Shown: positions 1 to 12,626 of the stretch, piece after piece
Numbering within the stretch: position 1 is the first letter of the stretch
Layout of the letters: each line of letters begins with the position of its first letter
Assembly: GCF_964355755.1 (NCBI RefSeq)
Contig: NC_092672.1
Location: 35,594,437 to 35,658,436, forward strand
Length of the DNA: 64,000 nt
DNA from: Antedon mediterranea
Lineage: Eukaryota > Animalia > Echinodermata
Direction: 5' to 3'
The notes under the pieces: model-generated
Databases searched by the model: none
What the model was told of the DNA's origin: nothing
The model's input: the letters and a program-made list of their open reading frames with translations, nothing else
Position numbers and translations under genes: made by a program

Positions 1-237
1 TTATAATTGCACCTTTGTTTTGCTTCACTCACGTCCTCATAATACATCTCAGTAGGCTATATTGGTTATTATTGGTGGCTAAATATATGCACCAAGACCT
101 GACCAACTAGTTTACTATTATGTTGGCTTTAGCATAGCTTTAAACGATTTATCAAGGTTCGTATACATAATATCATATAGTATAATTGCTAGGCCTAGCC
201 TAGTACGTACTTAAGGCTTAAGTTAAGCCTAACCTAC

Positions 238-375
238 CTTGACTTTATCGACTCCATTGTTCGCACACCCAACCACTTTCATTCCATGACTTACTAACTT
301 TTTAGCGATAGCTGCACCAATACCTACAGATGCACCAGTTACCAAAGCCACACGTCCAACCCAACGATCTGCCAT
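238..375 (-). CDS. DHRS11: DHRS11-like SDR, copy 1, exon 1 only (gene continues beyond the left edge)
   Basis: ATG at 375; reads MADRWVGRVALVTGASVGIGAAIAKKLVSHGMKVVGCANNGVDKVK (TGxxxGxG Rossmann motif), followed by a GT donor (AAG|gtaggt). Confidence 0.9.
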
Positions 376-1074
376 TTTATATTCAAAACAATCCTAAAAC
401 TTAGCAAATAAATAGGCCTACTGGTCGTAGAGCAGCAGAGAACAGTGAGTCTGAGACTGTGTGCAGTCAAGCGTAAAACCAAATTGCATTTATAAATTTG
501 CATAAAGCGCCACCACATAGCCCTGGGAACAGCACTCTAAAACCTGGAACTTTGACCAATTCGGACTGTATAAACACAGAACAAATATTTATCTTCGGAT
601 CCGAGTGTAGAAGAAAATGTAAAACCAAACCCGAATTGACCGATTCATTGTTAAAACGCCAGAAATTGTGACAAAAAAATGATTTTTTTATTTATTTATT
701 ATTTATCTAAAAAAAAAACATTTTTTTAATCAATATATACCTAAGCAAATATACATTAATTATACTTGTATTAAGTGACCTACATATTCAATTAATATCA
801 GCAAGACAATCTTGCCTTGGTATCAGAGGTTACGAATTATCCGTAAATATGTGATTCCTTCATTCATAAATAATCATCATTCAATTAATACCATATAACT
901 AAAATTATCAAAGTCATGACACTAAACTTATAAATCAATCTCTTTGTATTTAATCCGTAACGTTTTTGAATATAGGCCTAATGTTGACTGCTGTTTGAAC
1001 CTCGTAGCCTCATGGATCCGATGGTGATGGGTACATTGTCTTGTTCATATTCTCCTCATTTTTCGATAAGCCCA

Positions 1075-3477
1075 TTAGGTGTCCTGGTCAATTGGTCTTA
1101 AAATGATGTCATGAATCTGAAAATAAATTTCAAAATTTAAATTAAATATTGACGTAATAAATGCTAGTTAGTAAATGTTTGCCTATAATTAAGTACAGGA
1201 AGCCGTTTCTGTGGCGGCCTGAAGTTATATTATTATAAAATACTTTTTGAGTTAATAAACTTACTTGACAATGTGGTGGTGCGTGTAGAGCATGAACCAA
1301 TGCATTGGCAATATCATCAGGATTAAGACTCTATATTCAAAATTTAATATCGAGAAAAAACATTACGAACTATCATTTTTATTATCAAGCATATTACACC
1401 TGACGTAGCCTACATTCCTAAATTTTATAAATACCATATTTATTCGAATAAACGCCTCCCTCGAAGAACCTCGTTTGGAATAAACGTCCGCTTCAAATAA
1501 ACGCCCCGGGGCCTTTATTTTTCCCCGCAAATAAACGTCCATCACATGCATATACACACAATTATGTATTATATAACAACTATTTGTAGTAGAATTCATT
1601 GACTTCTGTGATCTACAATATTTACTAATCATTTTATTATACTTTCTAATGTATGTTTATCATTTCTTGATATTAATTGAGTTTTTTTTCATATTTAGGA
1701 AGAATTTATTTTATTATACATGTTACCATATTATTACATCCAAACAAATAAACGCCTCCCTCTAATAAACGCCCCTTTAAAAACCCTCCCCAACATCAAT
1801 AAACGCCCCGAGCGTTTATTCGAATAAATACGGTAACTTCTCAGTTCCAGGGATCATACCAGTAGTACAGGGCGCCGTCCGACATACTATCTACGTCATG
1901 ATGTGTCGGATGGCGCCCCGTATCTAGTACAGTACATCACGGACACGAGTGCCATTCCCATGGAGAGGTATTATTTAATATGTTCAAAAAATTATAATTA
2001 AATAAAATGTAATGGTTAAATTTGTTTTGATATCTTTTCTATATTGTATTGGAATTATGCTCCTGAGAGTAACGAATGGAACCCAGACGCATTTGTGCAA
2101 AAACAGTAAGACATTATCTACCTTCATTGTGCTTAAAATTTGCTCTGACATTTCCTCACCAAGCATTCTGCTCATAAATTCAGTTTTAACATAACCTGGA
2201 GATATGCACTGTAGTAAAGAAAACATAAAACACAATGTTTATGAACAAATAAATTCAGTTCTTTGTAAATGTTGGTTATGTGTTAACCCCACATTGCATC
2301 TTTCACTTTCTCTTATCTCGGTTAAAAGATACTTCTCGTACAAGTCACGTCAGATCCCCTCCCCACACCCACCTTTAAGGGAAGCGATCGCGCGTATGAT
2401 GACGTCAGAATGCAAAATCCAATTCTCCCCTCTCACAACGCGCGCCATAAAATGTATATTATAATAATATGGTCAACCGTTCTAACCGTGACTCTGATGT
2501 TTGATTTCTTCGCTCTCAGTTCTTGTCGAAGTCCTTCCGTCAAAGCTGTAACCATGTGCTTTGTTCCGCAGTAAAAAGGAATACCCTCCAAGACTTTGTG
2601 TCCACCCAAACTGGAAACAATAAAAATAGTGACATTTTTGTAATATACAAACAAATCTGTGTTTCTTATATAAAAAAAATAAATAACGCGCAGAATGCGA
2701 AATTCATACCTGCTTAAGTTAAAAATATGGCCATCATCGACTCCTTTTGACTCCATTTGACTCAGAGCCTCTCTTGTACAAACCGAAAGGCCTAAAACGT
2801 TTACCTAAAGTGGAAAAATACACAATAAATAAAACGTTATTGGTGGATCCATCACGAAAGACCAAATCCTCGATTTGGTGCGTAAGTGCTTGCATTTCAT
2901 CATTTTTCATTTAGTTTATATTTTTATTTTAAAAATAGCCCATATCTACTATACCATACCTCTAGTAGACGTCGCCAGTCCTCTGTTTTGCCGGACATCA
3001 ATGGACAATCAATTGAAAGACCAGCGTTGTTAATACAGACATCAACTCCTCCAAACTTGTCTTTGATCTCAGCAAACATAGCTAAGATTTCATTTTCTTT
3101 ACTGACGTCACACTTCACCGGATAAAGAAGACCAGGAGCTTTCTGGGATTTCAGTTCTGCAGCAATTGCCTTTATTTAATTCAAACAATATTACAAAAAT
3201 AATAATTTTTTAAACATAAATAAATAAAAAAAGGCGTTTTTTAGTAACAATAAGAGGCCGATAAATCCTAAAGATATAGATTTATGGACTTTTTAAAATT
3301 AAGTAACATCTTTGTTTCAATAATTAAATAAAGTACCTTGACTTTATCGACTCCATTGTTCGCACATCCAACCACCTTCATTCCATGTTTTACTAACTTT
3401 TTAGCGATAGCTGCACCAATACCTACAGATGCACCAGTTACCAAAGCCACACGTCCTACCCAACGATCTGCCATCAT
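1075..3477 (-). CDS. DHRS11: DHRS11-like short-chain dehydrogenase/reductase, copy 2, complete, 7 exons
   Basis: Exons 3337-3477, 2960-3169, 2710-2804, 2487-2610, 2122-2208, 1265-1330, 1075-1116; all GT-AG and in frame. TGASVGIG, NNAG, catalytic YCGTK, ISPG; stop TAA at 1075-1077. Confidence 0.93.
1434..1833. mobile_element. Tc1/mariner(pogo)-type MITE
   Basis: TIR CC(A/G)TATTTATTCGAATAAACGC, TA on both sides, internal AATAAACGCC repeats. Confidence 0.85.
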
Positions 3478-4859
3478 GAGAATAACTTAAATTTCGACGA
3501 TCCTGTGCTGAACCACCTTTCATGAGTGACTCAGCATTTTGGTACTTCATTCATCTTTATTGGTCCGTGTATACTATTGTTTAAATACAGTTAGAGCTTG
3601 TGTGTATGTAACCAACACTGACTCAGCAAAAATGAATTTCACTCAAAATGTATTATTTTCAATGACCTTTGGAATGACCCCGCTTCTCATAAAATACAGG
3701 TAGGTTGTGAAGGATTTGGCATTTATATGAAAAAAAAATGCATATTGTGTCCAAACGTGATGATGAAACTTGTGACGACATCAATGAATCTAAACGCTAC
3801 CTATAGTAATATCTGATCGTAACAGTAGGCCTCAAGTGTAAAAACCAAACGCACCAACGGTATATAAAGACGCAAATTTTATTTTTACACAAAGAATTAA
3901 TTATGAATAATAATATCCCAATTTGTGTCCATTTGAATTTATAAAAATAGTGTTTAGATCTTAAACATGTATTTTGTACCCGCATTTTCCACACATTTAG
4001 CCTTAAACATGTTTAGATACGAAGATTATGCCACCTCTAAATACATTCTACACATGTAGTCTGTATCCAATTCAACAGTGACGTGTTGAAGCAATAATAA
4101 AGACACGCTTAGGTTTTAAACGTGTTTAATTTGCCATGTGTGGAGCCACAGTAAAACCATATGCACGCAACGCTAAACACGTACCTAAACATGTACCTAA
4201 ACATGTACCTAAACATGTTGACTGAAAGTATAAAACCACTTGTACTCTTTAATTTTATAGATTAACACCACCATTTATTAATCAGAAAACCTGTTAATTA
4301 TACTCGTATTATTTACGCAATCAACTAAAGAGGTGCTACAAACAACTAGATACGGACGTCAGTGTAATCCGCATTTATTATTATTTATTGAACATAACGT
4401 TCCCTGTACAGCTCATGGAAAGAGTCACGTGAGCACTTCCAAACTTTGTTCTCATGACGTAACGCAAGGCAAGCGTGTTGACCAATGACAAGCGACAGTA
4501 ATAATTCCTCAATTGTGATTGGTCAACAAACTTACGCTGCGTTGCGTCCTTGTGTTGTGTCTTTAGAGGAAACCATGGAACTATAATATAAGATAGTTCC
4601 ATGGAGGGAACCAAGCATTAGGGGATGCGCACGAATTCCGTCCTGTCAAGCTTGGTTCCCACTAGAACGTAATGCAAGGACGTAAACGCAACGTAAGCGT
4701 GTTGACCAATGACAAGCGAAGTTATAGACAGTTAGCAATCACAAGCGAATAAGCCATCGCTTGTGATTGGTCAATTCACTTGCGTTACGTCCTTGCGTTG
4801 CGTTGCTAGTGGAAATCACGCTTTATGTCTGCTTATGATATTATATTGGAGTCTTCTTA

Positions 4860-7800
4860 TTACTCGTTCTGGTTATTAGTTGGTCGTAAAAGTATATCAT
4901 GAACCTGTTTTAAAAATAAGACAATGAATAAAAGTAAAATCGATGAAGGACTGACGTAAATTCTACGTATTTTCTATTTATTTTGTGAGGTGTAATATGT
5001 TGATTCTGACAAAATTATTAGCATTAATTTATGAAACTTACCTGGCAATGAGGAGGAGCGTGCAAAGCATATGCTAACGCGTCAGCAATGTCTTCAGCAT
5101 CAAGACCCTAGAAAAAGAAGACATAGGTTATAAAAGCTGAAGGGGAAAAGGGGTTGGGGGAATAAATGACCCAGGAAATTGTGTTTAAAACCATCCATGC
5201 GCGGTCCTTCCTGAACCACTAGACAATTTGGCCTACGTCACACCTCTGTATATTATTAATCTTCTCCAAAATGTCCTGGCCTTTGGCCTATAATGAAATT
5301 TATAATATTTGTATTTATCATTAGCCTATTGTAAGAAAAACGTACCTTCATTTCATAGGTATATTTTTTTGCAATTTCTTCGCCTACCATCCTCTGTAGA
5401 AATTCCGTTCGAACATAACCAGGAGATATGCTCTGTGGAAGAAACAGGTCAATACTTTATCGATCATGTCAAAATATATACTGCAGTTACCGCAGTAATT
5501 ACCTTTTTGAACGAAAATATAACGTATGATTAATTTTGTGTACGGTAGTAACAATAAACAATGTATGATTAATTGATAAACAAAATGTAGTTACTGCAGT
5601 AACTGCAGCAGAATGATTTGTGTACACACTGAAAACATTGGAAACATATCACATAGAATGTATCCACGTATTATTGGGACTTTTGTTTTGTTTTTTAGTT
5701 TAAAAAAACTCTGCACGAAGGCTTTAATAACCCCTGCCATTGATGGGCACGCGGTCATATACTATTTTTAGTCGCGTGGAAGCGACTCTATAGTTCACTA
5801 TGTCGGTCGGTCGGTCGGTCTGTCGGTCTGTCGGTCTGTCGGTCCGGTATCACTATGCGTTTTATCGCTTTCTGACCTCATCTTGATATCAGTTTAATCT
5901 AGATAGGTCAATTTTTCACAGTATATTCCTTATGGCCAGGAATCAATGTGGTTATGTTTTCACGGTGCGCAATAAAAAATTACGCGGTCTACGCACGATT
6001 TAACGAAATCACGTTTGTAATCATATCTTCACAACCATGAATCACAATTAAATAAAATTTGGTACTCATAAATTTCAGGGCATAAATCATCATATGGCAA
6101 TACAATTACGTGCGTAGCGCATGTAACGCATGCGTACGCGCGCTTAAAATTTTCACAATTTATTTTCGATGAAATAAGAGTACGTTTCAGGCAATTTTAA
6201 GCGTTTACAAAATTGCCATGAGTGCGCATATTTTTGCGCGCGCACTGCGCGTTAAATGTTATTGCGCACTCTTTTTGCCCGATTTCTGTTTTCTTGACTT
6301 ACTTTTCAACTCGAAATTACGTTATACGAGCACGTCAAAAGTGACAGGCTACGCACGTGTAAATTAAAAAAATATAAATGTTTTTAAACATTTCAACATT
6401 TTTAAACATGTTCAGTAATTTCGGTCAGTATAGTTCACTATGTCGGTCGGTCTGTCTGTCTGTCTGTCGGTCTGTCTGTCGGTCTGTCTGTCGGTCCGGT
6501 ATCACTATGCATTGTAGCACGCGACTTAATGGCTGTTGGCCTTGTTTGTATAAAGCTCTGTCTACACTATCAAACTAGTTCGACAAAAAAGGTGTGATGT
6601 GCCCAAATATGGTAGTGATATACTTAGATATGGTAGTGATATGGATGACATCATCATGTCCATATATGGGCACATCACATTTGATTCATAAAGTTTGATG
6701 AGTGTAGACAGAGCTTACCGTTCTGTTTCTAGACCCCTTGTCGATATTATACATTCTCAACTTAGTGCCGTAGTGAGCCCTAAAGCGTGTTCCCACTAGA
6801 ACGCAACGCAGCGACGTATTGACGCAAAGTGCTGTAATTGCGTAATCACAAGTGGGAACCGACGACGCAACAGTGCTGCAAACATGGCAGGTTTGATTTC
6901 ACACCGGCGGGGGCAAACACAGTTATTGGAAGGGCATTTTGTTACGTTGCGTATGTTGCGTATGTTGTGTTGCTAGTGGGAACCAAGCTTAAACATTTCT
7001 GCTAACCGTGATTCTGATGTTTGATTTCTTCGCTCTCAGTTCTTGTCGAAGTCCTTCTGTCAAAGCTCTAACCATGTGTTTTGTTCCACAGTAAAATGAG
7101 ACGGATGAGAATACGAAATGTCCACCAACGCTGAAAAAAAAAAAATAAAACACTTTAAAATAAAGGTTGAGCCACAACATAAATTATATAAAAATATGAT
7201 TTAATTGCATGTTCAACCCTCACGCGATGAAAACACGATCCGTGTTTTTGCTTGTTGTTCAGAAAAGCCAGGTCACAGGCTGACTTGTGTTTCCCATAAA
7301 TTATATTAAAAAAAATAAATTGCAAAAAATATAATGACGTATAATACATAAATCATAATGTATTCAAAAACAGAATATATACCTGCTTAAGTGAAATATA
7401 TGGCCATCATCCACGCCCCTCTCTGTCATTTGATTTAGGGCCTCTCTTGTACAGATAGAAAGTCCTAAAACGTTTACCTATATAATGGAGGAAAAAAATA
7501 ATAATGGGTAATTATTTTTTACCTCCATTACTATATTTAGTGTCACAATACACAAGGAACGGTTAATGCTTGACTCGTTATTACTACTACAATTTGCCTC
7601 TATTGTCCACCACCTAAACATGCTATATAAATAAGTGCATATTTCCTTTTGACAAATAAGCATGACTTGGCGCGCCATACATGACTTGTTTTCTCTGCTG
7701 CTTTTGAATGTATTAGTGGTTAATGATAAGGCCCATTTATGGCCTACCAGACCGTTAACGATCGACGATAACTAGACAAAATATGTATTTTTCGTATATA

Positions 7801-8866
7801 TTAAAACCAGAGAAATCAAAGAAGTTTTCATCCTAGATCTAGGATAATCATCTATGCTGCCTTGGTGAATGTGATATTTTCAAAAGTCCAAATAAATGAC
7901 ACGTGATTAGTAAGAGCAATCAGGACAATAAATGGCTGGCTATCCATAGTACAGTAGTTTCCTAATTTCATTTATTTTTTATAACAAAAATTTATATCTG
8001 TTTATCGCCGTTTGTTATCGTATAAACTGGCCCTAATTAACACGTGACGTCACGTAGACCAAATGTGTCCGTACGAGATAAGTCCGATAGTGCGCATTAC
8101 AGTTGTTTTGCTATAAAAGTAGTTTTTAAAAACATTACACGAAATGTACAGAAAACCTTACATCTAGTAAATGTCGCCAGTCCTCTGTTTTGCCGGACAT
8201 CAATGGACAATCAATTGAAAGTCCAGCGTTGTTAACACAGACATCAACTCCTCCAAACTTGTCTTTGATCTCAGCAAACATGGCTAAGATTTCATTCTCT
8301 TTACTGATGTCACATTTCACAGGATGGAGAATACCTGGGGCATTCTGGGATTTTAGTTCTTCTGCAATTGCCTACAAATATTATTTAACAAAAACATATA
8401 TGAATTGTTTGGCCTAGGCCTATAGATATTACGTTACTAGGCGCGCGGATTTGGGGCGTATATACAGGAAAAGAAAGTATGTTGGAATACCAACAGGATA
8501 ATTCGTCGACAACGTATTGGTTTGGACAATAAACTAATTTCTCCATGGTATAACTTTCCTAGAACTTAGTGACATTTCACGGTGTCACTCACGATGACAT
8601 GTCTTTTATTGCTTAATCCATGGATTATTATAAATGTTCGCCTTTTCAATCTCCATAATCCCCGATAAGCCATCTATATTGCTACACTATACCTCATAGA
8701 TTACCCCACAATTAAACATTTATACCTTGACTTTATCGACTCCATTGTTCGCACATCCAACCACCTTCATTCCATGTTTTACCAACTTTTTAGCGATAGC
8801 TGCACCAATACCTACAGATGCACCAGTTACCAAAGCCACACGTCCAACCCAACGATCTGCCATCAT
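4860..8866 (-). CDS. DHRS11: DHRS11-like SDR, copy 3, complete, 7 exons
   Basis: Exons 8726-8866, 8162-8371, 7383-7477, 7007-7130, 5346-5432, 5042-5107, 4860-4904; exons 1-6 have the same lengths as in copy 2; YCGTK intact; no frameshift found. Confidence 0.93.
5766..6546 (+). mobile_element. HINE/DINE-1-like non-autonomous Helentron (Helitron2)
   Basis: 5' subTIR TAGTCGCGTG with adjacent short IR, (GTCG/GTCT)n microsatellites, 3' subTIR CACGCGACT, terminal stem-loop, T-rich ends, no TSD. Confidence 0.8.
6554..6715. mobile_element. Second small MITE family (relatives at 29140-29199, 55677-55770, 40698-40885)
   Basis: TIR AGCTCTGTCTACACT, internal inverted GTGATGTGCCCA(A/T)ATATG. Confidence 0.75.
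6784..6989. mobile_element. PIF/Harbinger-type palindromic MITE family (other copies near 4440-4577, 4649-4822, 11690-11825, 15338-15465, 19815-19932, 36995-37140, 41460-41612, 42659-42810, 58328-58473, 59030-59148, 63000-63155)
   Basis: Consensus TIR AGCTTGGTTCCCACTAG, internal inverted TTGACCAATCAC motif in most copies, TAA flanks. Confidence 0.8.
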
Positions 8867-9151
8867 GAGAATACTGTACTTAAATTTTGGATCGTCCAAC
8901 GATGTTTAACTAGTGACTGGTTAGCGTCACCCTCGGCAAATATTATTTCCTAATCTATATCTTTTCATATTTATTATGACCCTTTGTCCACATCGCATTG
9001 ATTTTGCATATGAATTAAGGTCACGTGGCAAAAAGGGTATGCATTGATACCACTTCATGTGTGCCCTTTTCCCTTTGGCTATTATTAAAATTGCCATGAC
9101 GTTTGATCACCATTGTGACGTACATATACGGACACGCGCTTATGCGTTAAA

Positions 9152-9490
9152 TGATGGGGAACATGACCCGCCTTATTGTTCTGATAAATAATAATTTATT
9201 TACTTCCTTTCCGTTCTTGCTTCACCATGAACAAGTGTTTGAAAGTGAAAACACTAAATAATTGCACCGTTGGGTATTCAAAATGGACCGAATTTATAGC
9301 GACATGTATTTTCATGATGGGGAACATGACCCGCCTTATTGTTCTGATAAATAATAATTTTATTTACTTCCTTTCTGTTCTTGTTGCTTCACCATGAACA
9401 AGTGTTTGAAAGCGAAAACCACTCAATACGACTAATTGCACCGTTTTTGGGTATTCAAAATAAACCGAATTTATAGCGACCTGTATTTTC
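9152..9490. repeat. Two-copy tandem duplication (~160-175 bp) upstream of DHRS11 copy 3
   Basis: atgatggggaacatgacccgcc...gaatttatagcgac.tgtattttc occurs at 9152 and 9314. Confidence 0.9.
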
Positions 9491-9716
9491 GGTAATTATA
9501 AGGCAAAAAAATAAATAAAAACACACATTGTAAACAATAGTCCTTTAATATATCAATAACATAATATTAAATGGTTTTGAGAAAATTATTTCCAATATTA
9601 ATATTATTAAACCATCTAGAACGAGGGAACATAACGTCTATGACGCCCGCTATTGACGATCCCAGTAGGACCGACGGACAAACCGATGCTGCTTTATCGG
9701 TAGTTCGTTGGTTGAT

Positions 9717-12626
9717 CTAATCTTTTTGTTCAACAGGACGAATGAGCACTTCAAAGATCTGAAATAATAAAATGTAAGGTTAGATACACGACAGAAATTT
9801 ATAATTCTAAAATTTCTATCTTGAGTAAATTAACAAAGGTAGGCGTTTACCTGTACGTGTGGCGGTGCGTGTAGCGCATGTAGTACCGAACTGGCAATAT
9901 CCTGCGGCTGCAGATACTGAAATTGAAAAAATAAATTTATTTTAATTATCACTAATCAAACACGATGTTATGCCCATAACATATTTTACATTCCATTTCT
10001 CCAAATGGGACTAAAGACTAAACGTTGTCAGCGCGAAATACATGTTTTGCAGTCACAGACGCATTTTGCCATATTATGTACCGTAAATAGGCCTGCTAAT
10101 ATCCGCTGCGTTTCACCTGTATTTGTAAGATTTTGTATAGATTATGAAATGTATATTGGGATTAAATTAATAATGAACTTGATAATGTAACAAACCGGAA
10201 ACTCTGAGGCCATCTTCTTTGCTCTTTCTTCTCCGAACAGAGTTGGGTAAAATTGGGTTTCTACCTTTCCAGGTGATATATTCTTAAAAGAGAAAAAATG
10301 TAGTCATAATCATCATACATACAATCATCGTCATTCCTTGCATCCCCACATAATAATTATATATTCAACGTCGTCTGTTCATCATCATTATCAATGTAAT
10401 TAATGCATCACATTATTATTAGTGCGCCCTTTTTCTTCACAGTTATTTTGCGCCACCAATATTATGGCGTCATTATCATGTTGGTTGACGTCATTATCAT
10501 TTTCGTCATCAATCACAGCACGAGCAACATACTGCACTAAACGCTTTTCAAACCACTTCAAAATATATAAAATTAAATATTTTCGGCCAATTGCTAAAAA
10601 TCAATAATACTAAAAAACCAAGCATACCGTAACTCTAATGTGAGAATTTTTCAATCTCAGTTCTTGCCTTACTCCTTCTGATATAGCCGTTATCATGTAT
10701 TTGGTTCCACTGTAAAACCCAATGGTTGATCCAACACCTATACGATGGCCGGCAATACTAACAAACAAACAAAAAGAAAACACTCAGAAACTGAGTGAAG
10801 TACTTGGCAAAATATATCAGGGAAAACATTATTCGGAAATAGAGGGCTCACTACTTGATATTTTGTAAATGGGAAAAGGGGTGATGAAGTTGGGGGTGGG
10901 GGTGCTAAAGTTGGGGGTGGGGGTGCTAATCTGCGACTTGCATCCTACTGTGCACAACTAGGTGAATAATAATCGGTAGTAAAGCAGCGCATTCATTGGC
11001 TTGTACTCACTGTATGACATGTGTAGGCTAAATGTGTACAAGCAATAATTAGGCCTACATATAATCATTTGTAAAGTTATGAGTATTGTACCTGTTTAAG
11101 AAGATAATATGACCATCGTCGACTCCATTTTTCATCATCTGAGCGACGGCCTCTCTTGTGCATATAGCCACACCCATTACGTTCACCTGTAAAACAAACG
11201 GATGGGAAAAATAATAACGCCTGACAGGAATGTGTTTAGATTACCATATTTAAGGCTAAGATGTATTGTCCCCCAAAAACATGAAAAATAAAGATTAATT
11301 AAATCAGACTTTGAATATGTTATTTTGTAGTTTTAATAAAGTTAATCACTTCCGTAGGACAAAAAAAACGTTTTCACTTATAAAATGACAAATGGTAAAA
11401 TTTCACCAAAAACCATTGGCTGGCAGCCAATTTGACCATTTTTTGCTTTAAATTACAGTTTCTCAGGTAAATACATTTTTTCGATCCAATTTTTGGATGG
11501 CATGTTAAGAATTATTTTTTCAGGGGGACAGTATATCTTTAATAAAACAGCTAGCTAGATTGCAAAAAGAAGGCCACGCGTGAATTCTCGTTGATGCAGC
11601 CTCAGCATAGTAAAATCTTCTTTCGAATTTTCCGCTTCTTCTTGCACGACATGACGCTGTGTTTGTAAATAGGCCTAACGTCGGTTATGCGTGGTTCCAC
11701 TAGAGACGCAACACAACGATGTAACGCAATGTAGGGGATTTGACCAATCACGAGTGTTTAATTATTCGAATTGTCGCTTGTCATTGGTCAACTCGCTTGC
11801 ATTGCGTCCTAGTGGAAAGCAAGCTTAATACTGGTTCTTTTTAAAGGTACAACGGTACTTACATCTAACATATATTGCCATCTATCCGTCTTTCCAGACA
11901 GCAATGGGCTATCAAGAGCAAGACCAGCGTTGTTCACACAGACGTCTACTCCGCCAAACTTCTCCTGGATCTCTTTGAACATAGCTAGGATATCGGATTC
12001 CTTGCTTACGTCACAGACAAGTGGGTGCATCAGTCCTGGTGAGTGTTTGGCGTTCAGTTCATCAGCTATTGCCTGTAAAAGTCGTAAAGATTGATATTAA
12101 AAGAATATTATACTCTACAGTTTGTACTGTAGTATATCGGCTCAATACAATTACTATATAGTTAGGCCTATATATTTGTAAAGGCAATCCCGTCACAAGA
12201 TTCACATCTTTCTTGGATCTGCCTTCGTCCAGTTTCTTTATTATCTCTTGCCATTGTTTTTTTTTTTTTTTTACTTTTTGTCTTTTGGACGTTAATAAAT
12301 GTTTTTTTGAAATGTTACATGAAATTCCAAGTTTATGATAAAAATGATGCTACTGCCTAACGATTGGATTGCATGATGTATTGTACATATGAAAACTCAT
12401 TTTGGTGTTTAACGTTTCAAATAATCTTATTATAAAATATCAACATAATAATACTTTAAAAAATAGATTAAAAACATAACCTGACCTTGAGTTGATGAAA
12501 TACATCAGCCTTTACGCAGGTTACCACCTTCATCCCTTGCTCAACCAATCTACGAGCGATTTGCTCTCCGTTTCCCGACGACGCACCCGTTACCAGGGCA
12601 ACACGTCCAACCCATCGTTCTGCCAT
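9717..12626 (-). CDS. DHRS11: DHRS11-like SDR, copy 4 (divergent), complete, 7 exons
   Basis: Exons 12486-12626, 11863-12072, 11092-11186, 10628-10757, 10196-10282, 9851-9916, 9717-9758; MAERWVGRVALVTGASSGNG, NNAG, YSGTK, ISPG; stop TAG. Confidence 0.92.
11259..11538. mobile_element. Kolobok-type MITE in DHRS11 copy 4 intron 2 (single ends also near 13575, 26197, 57331)
   Basis: AGATGTATTGTCCCC...GGGGACAGTATATCT|TTAA. Confidence 0.75.

Noticed and set aside
5346-5432. Suspected frameshift in DHRS11 copy 3 exon 5 at a T run
   Set aside because: Counting 7 T keeps the 87-bp exon in frame (…EIAKKYTYEMK).
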